Positions 36,101 to 48,472 of a stretch of DNA of 64,000 nucleotides are shown piece by piece (positions within the stretch are counted from its first letter, which is position 1; every line of letters begins with the position of its first letter). Under the pieces are notes generated by a model. It saw nothing but the letters and a program-made list of their open reading frames with translations. It made no database searches and had not been told where the DNA came from. The translations under genes were made by a program, and so were the position numbers. Source of the DNA: Hydrurus foetidus (taxonomy: Eukaryota); contig UYFQ01000530.1 of assembly GCA_900617105.1 (NCBI GenBank), forward strand, positions 1 through 64,000, given 5' to 3'.

Positions 36101-39100
36101 ACGGACGCATCACTAGTTACGATAGGAGAGAGATGTAGAGAGCTGAGAATCGTTGATGTAAGTCGTGACAAGAACATGAGAGATGTCGGTATATTGAGTA
36201 TAGCCGAGAGATGCAACCGGCTTCGTACAATCAATATTGCATATTGCTTTTGGCTGTCGAATACATCACTAGCTGCGATAGGAGAGATATGCTGGGAACT
36301 GACAAGTATTAACATGACTGCGAGCTTCATGAGTAACGATGGTATAATTAATCTGACCGAAGGATGCAGCCAGCTTGTAGCAATCAATATTGAAGGTTGC
36401 TGTAAGTTGACAGATGCATCACTGGCTGCTATAGGAGAGACGTGCAAGGGACTGACAAGCATTGATATGAGTCAGAATATAAACATGACAAATGTCGATG
36501 TAGCAAGTCTGACCGAGGGATGCAGCTTGCTTAATACAATCAATATTGAAGGTTGCTGTAAGCTGACCAATGCATCACTGGCTGCGATAGGAGAGGCATG
36601 TATAGGACTGACGAGCATTGATTTGAGTCGTATCAAGAACATGACAGATGTCGGTATATCAAGTCTGACGCAGGGATGTAGCCAGCTTGAATCAATCTTT
36701 ATCGTTCAATGCGGTCAGCTGACGGACGCATCACTAGTTACGATAGGAGAGAGATGTAGAGAGCTGAGAATCGTTGATGTAAGTCGTGACAAGAACATGA
36801 GAGATGTCGGTATATTGAGTATAGCCGAGAGATGCAACCGGCTTCGTACAATCAATATTGCATATTGCTTTTGGCTGTCGAATACATCACTAGCTGCGAT
36901 AGGAGAGATATGCTGGGAACTGACAAGTATTAACATGACTGCGAGCTTCATGAGTAACGATGGTATAATTAATCTGACCGAAGGATGCAGCCAGCTTGTA
37001 GCAATCAATATTGAAGGTTGCTGTAAGTTGACAGATGCATCACTGGCTGCTATAGGAGAGACGTGCAAGGGACTGACAAGCATTGATATGAGTCAGAATA
37101 TAAACATGACAAATGTCGATGTAGCAAGTCTGACCGAGGGATGCAGCTTGCTTAATACAATCAATATTGAAGGTTGCTGTAAGCTGACCAATGCATCACT
37201 GGCTGCGATAGGAGAGGCATGTATAGGACTGACGAGCATTGATTTGAGTCGTATCAAGAACATGACAGATGTCGGTATATCAAGTCTGACGCAGGGATGT
37301 AGCCAGCTTGAATCAATCTTTATCGTTCAATGCGGTCAGCTGACGGACGCATCACTAGTTACGATAGGAGAGAGATGTAGAGAGCTGAGAATCGTTGATG
37401 TAAGTCGTGACAAGAACATGAGAGATGTCGGTATATTGAGTATAGCCGAGAGATGCAACCGGCTTCGTACAATCAATATTGCATATTGCTTTTGGCTGTC
37501 GAATACATCACTAGCTGCGATAGGAGAGATATGCTGGGAACTGACAAGTATTAACATGACTGCGAGCTTCATGAGTAACGATGGTATAATTAATCTGACC
37601 GAAGGATGCAGCCAGCTTGTAGCAATCAATATTGAAGGTTGCTGTAAGTTGACAGATGCATCACTGGCTGCTATAGGAGAGACGTGCAAGGGACTGACAA
37701 GCATTGATATGAGTCAGAATATAAACATGACAAATGTCGATGTAGCAAGTCTGACCGAGGGATGCAGCTTGCTTAATACAATCAATATTGAAGGTTGCTG
37801 TAAGCTGACCAATGCATCACTGGCTGCGATAGGAGAGGCATGTATAGGACTGACGAGCATTGATTTGAGTCGTATCAAGAACATGACAGATGTCGGTATA
37901 TCAAGTCTGACGCAGGGATGTAGCCAGCTTGAATCAATCTTTATCGTTCAATGCGGTCAGCTGACGGACGCATCACTAGTTACGATAGGAGAGAGATGTA
38001 GAGAGCTGAGAATCGTTGATGTAAGTCGTGACAAGAACATGAGAGATGTCGGTATATTGAGTATAGCCGAGAGATGCAACCGGCTTCGTACAATCAATAT
38101 TGCATATTGCTTTTGGCTGTCGAATACATCACTAGCTGCGATAGGAGAGATATGCTGGGAACTGACAAGTATTAACATGACTGCGAGCTTCATGAGTAAC
38201 GATGGTATAATTAATCTGACCGAAGGATGCAGCCAGCTTGTAGCAATCAATATTGAAGGTTGCTGTAAGTTGACAGATGCATCACTGGCTGCTATAGGAG
38301 AGACGTGCAAGGGACTGACAAGCATTGATATGAGTCAGAATATAAACATGACAAATGTCGATGTAGCAAGTCTGACCGAGGGATGCAGCTTGCTTAATAC
38401 AATCAATATTGAAGGTTGCTGTAAGCTGACCAATGCATCACTGGCTGCGATAGGAGAGGCATGTATAGGACTGACGAGCATTGATTTGAGTCGTATCAAG
38501 AACATGACAGATGTCGGTATATCAAGTCTGACGCAGGGATGTAGCCAGCTTGAATCAATCTTTATCGTTCAATGCGGTCAGCTGACGGACGCATCACTAG
38601 TTACGATAGGAGAGAGATGTAGAGAGCTGAGAATCGTTGATGTAAGTCGTGACAAGAACATGAGAGATGTCGGTATATTGAGTATAGCCGAGAGATGCAA
38701 CCGGCTTCGTACAATCAATATTGCATATTGCTTTTGGCTGTCGAATACATCACTAGCTGCGATAGGAGAGATATGCTGGGAACTGACAAGTATTAACATG
38801 ACTGCGAGCTTCATGAGTAACGATGGTATAATTAATCTGACCGAAGGATGCAGCCAGCTTGTAGCAATCAATATTGAAGGTTGCTGTAAGTTGACAGATG
38901 CATCACTGGCTGCTATAGGAGAGACGTGCAAGGGACTGACAAGCATTGATATGAGTCAGAATATAAACATGACAAATGTCGATGTAGCAAGTCTGACCGA
39001 GGGATGCAGCTTGCTTAATACAATCAATATTGAAGGTTGCTGTAAGCTGACCAATGCATCACTGGCTGCGATAGGAGAGGCATGTATAGGACTGACGAGC

Positions 39101-42100
39101 ATTGATTTGAGTCGTATCAAGAACATGACAGATGTCGGTATATCAAGTCTGACGCAGGGATGTAGCCAGCTTGAATCAATCTTTATCGTTCAATGCGGTC
39201 AGCTGACGGACGCATCACTAGTTACGATAGGAGAGAGATGTAGAGAGCTGAGAATCGTTGATGTAAGTCGTGACAAGAACATGAGAGATGTCGGTATATT
39301 GAGTATAGCCGAGAGATGCAACCGGCTTCGTACAATCAATATTGCATATTGCTTTTGGCTGTCGAATACATCACTAGCTGCGATAGGAGAGATATGCTGG
39401 GAACTGACAAGTATTAACATGACTGCGAGCTTCATGAGTAACGATGGTATAATTAATCTGACCGAAGGATGCAGCCAGCTTGTAGCAATCAATATTGAAG
39501 GTTGCTGTAAGTTGACAGATGCATCACTGGCTGCTATAGGAGAGACGTGCAAGGGACTGACAAGCATTGATATGAGTCAGAATATAAACATGACAAATGT
39601 CGATGTAGCAAGTCTGACCGAGGGATGCAGCTTGCTTAATACAATCAATATTGAAGGTTGCTGTAAGCTGACCAATGCATCACTGGCTGCGATAGGAGAG
39701 GCATGTATAGGACTGACGAGCATTGATTTGAGTCGTATCAAGAACATGACAGATGTCGGTATATCAAGTCTGACGCAGGGATGTAGCCAGCTTGAATCAA
39801 TCTTTATCGTTCAATGCGGTCAGCTGACGGACGCATCACTAGTTACGATAGGAGAGAGATGTAGAGAGCTGAGAATCGTTGATGTAAGTCGTGACAAGAA
39901 CATGAGAGATGTCGGTATATTGAGTATAGCCGAGAGATGCAACCGGCTTCGTACAATCAATATTGCATATTGCTTTTGGCTGTCGAATACATCACTAGCT
40001 GCGATAGGAGAGATATGCTGGGAACTGACAAGTATTAACATGACTGCGAGCTTCATGAGTAACGATGGTATAATTAATCTGACCGAAGGATGCAGCCAGC
40101 TTGTAGCAATCAATATTGAAGGTTGCTGTAAGTTGACAGATGCATCACTGGCTGCTATAGGAGAGACGTGCAAGGGACTGACAAGCATTGATATGAGTCA
40201 GAATATAAACATGACAAATGTCGATGTAGCAAGTCTGACCGAGGGATGCAGCTTGCTTAATACAATCAATATTGAAGGTTGCTGTAAGCTGACCAATGCA
40301 TCACTGGCTGCGATAGGAGAGGCATGTATAGGACTGACGAGCATTGATTTGAGTCGTATCAAGAACATGACAGATGTCGGTATATCAAGTCTGACGCAGG
40401 GATGTAGCCAGCTTGAATCAATCTTTATCGTTCAATGCGGTCAGCTGACGGACGCATCACTAGTTACGATAGGAGAGAGATGTAGAGAGCTGAGAATCGT
40501 TGATGTAAGTCGTGACAAGAACATGAGAGATGTCGGTATATTGAGTATAGCCGAGAGATGCAACCGGCTTCGTACAATCAATATTGCATATTGCTTTTGG
40601 CTGTCGAATACATCACTAGCTGCGATAGGAGAGATATGCTGGGAACTGACAAGTATTAACATGACTGCGAGCTTCATGAGTAACGATGGTATAATTAATC
40701 TGACCGAAGGATGCAGCCAGCTTGTAGCAATCAATATTGAAGGTTGCTGTAAGTTGACAGATGCATCACTGGCTGCTATAGGAGAGACGTGCAAGGGACT
40801 GACAAGCATTGATATGAGTCAGAATATAAACATGACAAATGTCGATGTAGCAAGTCTGACCGAGGGATGCAGCTTGCTTAATACAATCAATATTGAAGGT
40901 TGCTGTAAGCTGACCAATGCATCACTGGCTGCGATAGGAGAGGCATGTATAGGACTGACGAGCATTGATTTGAGTCGTATCAAGAACATGACAGATGTCG
41001 GTATATCAAGTCTGACGCAGGGATGTAGCCAGCTTGAATCAATCTTTATCGTTCAATGCGGTCAGCTGACGGACGCATCACTAGTTACGATAGGAGAGAG
41101 ATGTAGAGAGCTGAGAATCGTTGATGTAAGTCGTGACAAGAACATGAGAGATGTCGGTATATTGAGTATAGCCGAGAGATGCAACCGGCTTCGTACAATC
41201 AATATTGCATATTGCTTTTGGCTGTCGAATACATCACTAGCTGCGATAGGAGAGATATGCTGGGAACTGACAAGTATTAACATGACTGCGAGCTTCATGA
41301 GTAACGATGGTATAATTAATCTGACCGAAGGATGCAGCCAGCTTGTAGCAATCAATATTGAAGGTTGCTGTAAGTTGACAGATGCATCACTGGCTGCTAT
41401 AGGAGAGACGTGCAAGGGACTGACAAGCATTGATATGAGTCAGAATAAAACATGACAGATGTCGATGTAGCAAGTCTGACCAGGGATGCAGCTTGCTTGA
41501 ATCAATCTTTATCGTTCAATGCGGTCAGCTGACGGATGCATCACTAGTTACGATAGGAGAGAGATGTAGAGAGCTGAGAATCGTTGATGTAAGTCGTGAC
41601 AAGAACATGAGAGATGTCGGTATATTGAGTATAGCCGAGAGATGCAACCGGCTTCGTACAATCAATATTGCATATTGCTTTTGGCTGTCGAATACATCAC
41701 TAGCTGCGATAGGAGAGATATGCTGGGAACTGACAAGTATTAACATGACTGCGAGCTTCATGAGTAACGATGGTATAATTAATCTGACCGAAGGATGCAG
41801 CCAGCTTGTAGCAATCAATATTGAAGGTTGCTGTAAGCTGACCAATGCATCACTGGCTGCGATAGGAGAGGCATGTATAGGACTGACGAGCATTGATTTG
41901 AGTCGTATCAAGAACATGACAGATGTCGGTATATCAAGTCTGACGCAGGGATGTAGCCAGCTTGAATCAATCTTTATCGTTCAATGCGTTTGGCTGTCGA
42001 ATACATCACTAGCTGCGATAGGAGAGATATGCTGGGAACTGACAAGTATTAACATGACTGCGAGCTTCATGAGTAACGATGGTATAATTAATCTGACCGA

Positions 42101-45100
42101 AGGATGCAGCCAGCTTGTAGCAATCAATATTGAAGGTTGCTGTAAGCTGACAGATGCATCACTGGCTGCTATAGGAGAGACGTGCAAGGGACTGACAAGC
42201 ATTGATATGAGTCAGAGCTTAAACATGACAAATGTCGATGTAGCAAGTCTGACCGAGGGATGCAGCTTGCTTAATACAATCAATATTGAAGGTTGCTGTA
42301 AGCTGACCAATGCATCACTGGCTGCGATAGGAGAGGCATGTATAGGACTGACGAGCATTGATTTGAGTCGTATCAAGAACATGACAGATGTCGGTATATC
42401 AAGTCTGACGCAGGGATGTAGCCAGCTTGAATCAATCTTTATCGTTCAATGCGGTCAGCTGACGGACGCATCACTAGTTACGATAGGAGAGAGATGTAGA
42501 GAGCTGAGAATCGTTGATGTAAGTCGTGACAAGAACATGAGAGATGTCGGTATATTGAGTATAGCCGAGAGATGCAACCGGCTTCGTACAATCAATATTG
42601 CATATTGCTTTTGGCTGTCGAATACATCACTAGCTGCGATAGGAGAGATATGCTGGGAACTGACAAGTATTAACATGACTGCGAGCTTCATGAGTAACGA
42701 TGGTATAATTAATCTGACCGAAGGATGCAGCCAGCTTGTAGCAATCAATATTGAAGGTTGCTGTAAGTTGACAGATGCATCACTGGCTGCTATAGGAGAG
42801 ACGTGCAAGGGACTGACAAGCATTGATATGAGTCAGAATATAAACATGACAAATGTCGATGTAGCAAGTCTGACCGAGGGATGCAGCTTGCTTAATACAA
42901 TCAATATTGAAGGTTGCTGTAAGCTGACCAATGCATCACTGGCTGCGATAGGAGAGGCATGTATAGGACTGACGAGCATTGATTTGAGTCGTATCAAGAA
43001 CATGACAGATGTCGGTATATCAAGTCTGACGCAGGGATGTAGCCAGCTTGAATCAATCTTTATCGTTCAATGCGGTCAGCTGACGGACGCATCACTAGTT
43101 ACGATAGGAGAGAGATGTAGAGAGCTGAGAATCGTTGATGTAAGTCGTGACAAGAACATGAGAGATGTCGGTATATTGAGTATAGCCGAGAGATGCAACC
43201 GGCTTCGTACAATCAATATTGCATATTGCTTTTGGCTGTCGAATACATCACTAGCTGCGATAGGAGAGATATGCTGGGAACTGACAAGTATTAACATGAC
43301 TGCGAGCTTCATGAGTAACGATGGTATAATTAATCTGACCGAAGGATGCAGCCAGCTTGTAGCAATCAATATTGAAGGTTGCTGTAAGCTGACAGATGCA
43401 TCACTGGCTGCGATAGGAGAGGCATGTATAGGACTGACGAGCATTGATTTGAGTCGTATCAAGAACATGACAGATGTCGGTATATCAAGTCTGACGCAGG
43501 GATGTAGCCAGCTTGAATCAATCTTTATCGTTCAATGCGGTCAGCTGACGGACGCATCACTAGTTACGATAGGAGAGAGATGTAGAGAGCTGAGAATCGT
43601 TGATGTAAGTCGTGACAAGAACATGAGAGATGTCGGTATATTGAGTATAGCCGAGAGATGCAACCGGCTTCGTACAATCAATATTGCATATTGCTTTTGG
43701 CTGTCGAATACATCACTAGCTGCGATAGGAGAGATATGCTGGGAACTGACAAGTATTAACATGACTGCGAGCTTCATGAGTAACGATGGTATAATTAATC
43801 TGACCGAAGGATGCAGCCAGCTTGTAGCAATCAATATTGAAGGTTGCTGTAAGTTGACAGATGCATCACTGGCTGCTATAGGAGAGACGTGCAAGGGACT
43901 GACAAGCATTGATATGAGTCAGAATATAAACATGACAAATGTCGATGTAGCAAGTCTGACCGAGGGATGCAGCTTGCTTAATACAATCAATATTGAAGGT
44001 TGCTGTAAGCTGACCAATGCATCACTGGCTGCGATAGGAGAGGCATGTATAGGACTGACGAGCATTGATTTGAGTCGTATCAAGAACATGACAGATGTCG
44101 GTATATCAAGTCTGACGCAGGGATGTAGCCAGCTTGAATCAATCTTTATCGTTCAATGCGGTCAGCTGACGGACGCATCACTAGTTACGATAGGAGAGAG
44201 ATGTAGAGAGCTGAGAATCGTTGATGTAAGTCGTGACAAGAACATGAGAGATGTCGGTATATTGAGTATAGCCGAGAGATGCAACCGGCTTCGTACAATC
44301 AATATTGCATATTGCTTTTGGCTGTCGAATACATCACTAGCTGCGATAGGAGAGATATGCTGGGAACTGACAAGTATTAACATGACTGCGAGCTTCATGA
44401 GTAACGATGGTATAATTAATCTGACCGAAGGATGCAGCCAGCTTGTAGCAATCAATATTGAAGGTTGCTGTAAGTTGACAGATGCATCACTGGCTGCTAT
44501 AGGAGAGACGTGCAAGGGACTGACAAGCATTGATATGAGTCAGAATATAAACATGACAAATGTCGATGTAGCAAGTCTGACCGAGGGATGCAGCTTGCTT
44601 AATACAATCAATATTGAAGGTTGCTGTAAGCTGACCAATGCATCACTGGCTGCGATAGGAGAGGCATGTATAGGACTGACGAGCATTGATTTGAGTCGTA
44701 TCAAGAACATGACAGATGTCGGTATATCAAGTCTGACGCAGGGATGTAGCCAGCTTGAATCAATCTTTATCGTTCAATGCGGTCAGCTGACGGACGCATC
44801 ACTAGTTACGATAGGAGAGAGATGTAGAGAGCTGAGAATCGTTGATGTAAGTCGTGACAAGAACATGAGAGATGTCGGTATATTGAGTATAGCCGAGAGA
44901 TGCAACCGGCTTCGTACAATCAATATTGCATATTGCTTTTGGCTGTCGAATACATCACTAGCTGCGATAGGAGAGATATGCTGGGAACTGACAAGTATTA
45001 ACATGACTGCGAGCTTCATGAGTAACGATGGTATAATTAATCTGACCGAAGGATGCAGCCAGCTTGTAGCAATCAATATTGAAGGTTGCTGTAAGTTGAC

Positions 45101-48100
45101 AGATGCATCACTGGCTGCTATAGGAGAGACGTGCAAGGGACTGACAAGCATTGATATGAGTCAGAATATAAACATGACAAATGTCGATGTAGCAAGTCTG
45201 ACCGAGGGATGCAGCTTGCTTAATACAATCAATATTGAAGGTTGCTGTAAGCTGACCAATGCATCACTGGCTGCGATAGGAGAGGCATGTATAGGACTGA
45301 CGAGCATTGATTTGAGTCGTATCAAGAACATGACAGATGTCGGTATATCAAGTCTGACGCAGGGATGTAGCCAGCTTGAATCAATCTTTATCGTTCAATG
45401 CGGTCAGCTGACGGACGCATCACTAGTTACGATAGGAGAGAGATGTAGAGAGCTGAGAATCGTTGATGTAAGTCGTGACAAGAACATGAGAGATGTCGGT
45501 ATATTGAGTATAGCCGAGAGATGCAACCGGCTTCGTACAATCAATATTGCATATTGCTTTTGGCTGTCGAATACATCACTAGCTGCGATAGGAGAGATAT
45601 GCTGGGAACTGACAAGTATTAACATGACTGCGAGCTTCATGAGTAACGATGGTATAATTAATCTGACCGAAGGATGCAGCCAGCTTGTAGCAATCAATAT
45701 TGAAGGTTGCTGTAAGTTGACAGATGCATCACTGGCTGCTATAGGAGAGACGTGCAAGGGACTGACAAGCATTGATATGAGTCAGAATATAAACATGACA
45801 AATGTCGATGTAGCAAGTCTGACCGAGGGATGCAGCTTGCTTAATACAATCAATATTGAAGGTTGCTGTAAGCTGACCAATGCATCACTGGCTGCGATAG
45901 GAGAGGCATGTATAGGACTGACGAGCATTGATTTGAGTCGTATCAAGAACATGACAGATGTCGGTATATCAAGTCTGACGCAGGGATGTAGCCAGCTTGA
46001 ATCAATCTTTATCGTTCAATGCGGTCAGCTGACGGACGCATCACTAGTTACGATAGGAGAGAGATGTAGAGAGCTGAGAATCGTTGATGTAAGTCGTGAC
46101 AAGAACATGAGAGATGTCGGTATATTGAGTATAGCCGAGAGATGCAACCGGCTTCGTACAATCAATATTGCATATTGCTTTTGGCTGTCGAATACATCAC
46201 TAGCTGCGATAGGAGAGATATGCTGGGAACTGACAAGTATTAACATGACTGCGAGCTTCATGAGTAACGATGGTATAATTAATCTGACCGAAGGATGCAG
46301 CCAGCTTGTAGCAATCAATATTGAAGGTTGCTGTAAGTTGACAGATGCATCACTGGCTGCTATAGGAGAGACGTGCAAGGGACTGACAAGCATTGATATG
46401 AGTCAGAATATAAACATGACAAATGTCGATGTAGCAAGTCTGACCGAGGGATGCAGCTTGCTTAATACAATCAATATTGAAGGTTGCTGTAAGCTGACCA
46501 ATGCATCACTGGCTGCGATAGGAGAGGCATGTATAGGACTGACGAGCATTGATTTGAGTCGTATCAAGAACATGACAGATGTCGGTATATCAAGTCTGAC
46601 GCAGGGATGTAGCCAGCTTGAATCAATCTTTATCGTTCAATGCGGTCAGCTGACGGACGCATCACTAGTTACGATAGGAGAGAGATGTAGAGAGCTGAGA
46701 ATCGTTGATGTAAGTCGTGACAAGAACATGAGAGATGTCGGTATATTGAGTATAGCCGAGAGATGCAACCGGCTTCGTACAATCAATATTGCATATTGCT
46801 TTTGGCTGTCGAATACATCACTAGCTGCGATAGGAGAGATATGCTGGGAACTGACAAGTATTAACATGACTGCGAGCTTCATGAGTAACGATGGTATAAT
46901 TAATCTGACCGAAGGATGCAGCCAGCTTGTAGCAATCAATATTGAAGGTTGCTGTAAGCTGACAGATGCATCACTGGCTGCTATAGGAGAGACGTGCAAG
47001 GGACTGACGAGCATTGATTTGAGTCGTATCAAGAACATGACAGATGTCGGTATATCAAGTCTGACGCAGGGATGTAGCCAGCTTGAATCAATCTTTATCG
47101 TTCAATGCGGTCAGCTGACGGACGCATCACTAGTTACGATAGGAGAGAGATGTAGAGAGCTGAGAATCGTTGATGTAAGTCGTGACAAGAACATGAGAGA
47201 TGTCGGTATATTGAGTATAGCCGAGAGATGCAACCGGCTTCGTACAATCAATATTGCATATTGCTTTTGGCTGTCGAATACATCACTAGCTGCGATAGGA
47301 GAGATATGCTGGGAACTGACAAGTATTAACATGACTGCGAGCTTCATGAGTAACGATGGTATAATTAATCTGACCGAAGGATGCAGCCAGCTTGTAGCAA
47401 TCAATATTGAAGGTTGCTGTAAGTTGACAGATGCATCACTGGCTGCTATAGGAGAGACGTGCAAGGGACTGACAAGCATTGATATGAGTCAGAATATAAA
47501 CATGACAAATGTCGATGTAGCAAGTCTGACCGAGGGATGCAGCTTGCTTAATACAATCAATATTGAAGGTTGCTGTAAGCTGACCAATGCATCACTGGCT
47601 GCGATAGGAGAGGCATGTATAGGACTGACGAGCATTGATTTGAGTCGTATCAAGAACATGACAGATGTCGGTATATCAAGTCTGACGCAGGGATGTAGCC
47701 AGCTTGAATCAATCTTTATCGTTCAATGCGGTCAGCTGACGGACGCATCACTAGTTACGATAGGAGAGAGATGTAGAGAGCTGAGAATCGTTGATGTAAG
47801 TCGTGACAAGAACATGAGAGATGTCGGTATATTGAGTATAGCCGAGAGATGCAACCGGCTTCGTACAATCAATATTGCATATTGCTTTTGGCTGTCGAAT
47901 ACATCACTAGCTGCGATAGGAGAGATATGCTGGGAACTGACAAGTATTAACATGACTGCGAGCTTCATGAGTAACGATGGTATAATTAATCTGACCGAAG
48001 GATGCAGCCAGCTTGTAGCAATCAATATTGAAGGTTGCTGTAAGTTGACAGATGCATCACTGGCTGCTATAGGAGAGACGTGCAAGGGACTGACAAGCAT

Positions 48101-48191
48101 TGATATGGGTCAGAATATAAAGATGACAAATGTCGATGTAGCAAGTCTGACCGAGGGATGCAGTCCGCTACGGACAATATTGCGTTCGTGA
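20936..48191 (+). repeat. Coding higher-order tandem array: ~45 units of 624 bp (type A) or 621 bp (type B), each 8 LRRs; some units shortened by 156 bp
   Basis: Periodicity is visible in the sequence and in the spacing of the repeated antisense ORFs (624, 621, 465 bp). Confidence 0.97.
21137..48191 (+). CDS. Cys-containing LRR (LRR_CC/AMN1-like) solenoid reading frame in four pieces (21137-29209, 29206-35448, 35396-41455, 41493-48191); no intact start, so expression is doubtful
   Basis: 26-aa repeats such as LxxGCxxLxxINIxGCxKLTDASLAA. Frame breaks only at ~29193 (-1), ~35404 (-20) and ~41450-41490 (-2). Diverged last unit ends ...GCSPLRTILRS*. Confidence 0.6.
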
Positions 48192-48472
48192 TGCGAGTGT
48201 ATTGCCAAGTATAGAGTGATATTCATCACTGTGCTGATATCTGGTGGATTGGATGAGAAAGACTTGTCTCGTCTTCATTGTCTTATCTTGACGTTACGTG
48301 TCACCATCACCACACTACATTTGCTTCTATGTTTCCTTTGAGCTTACTGCTGCAAAATAAGTAGAAAGGATGCGGCAAATATAAATTATTTACGCACTTC
48401 GCACATGAAAAAATGAAAACAACTTGAGAGATTTTCTATCCGGAGATGTAGACCTTGGACCTGGTTCTAGAA

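Noticed and set aside
21389..48050. GTAAGT donor-like hexamers and TGACAG acceptor-like sites in each unit, suggesting modular splicing
   Set aside because: They fall within the open LRR frame and lack polypyrimidine tracts; nothing in the sequence requires splicing.
21325..48100. ~45 repeated 122-130-aa antisense ORFs
   Set aside because: They are shadows of the LRR frame, repeated only because the DNA unit is repeated; no independent protein features.
20936..48191. CRISPR-like array or diversity-generating retroelement interpretation
   Set aside because: There are no unique spacers or cas genes and no adenine-specific template/variable repeat pair; the nearby RT is an ordinary Ty3/gypsy enzyme.
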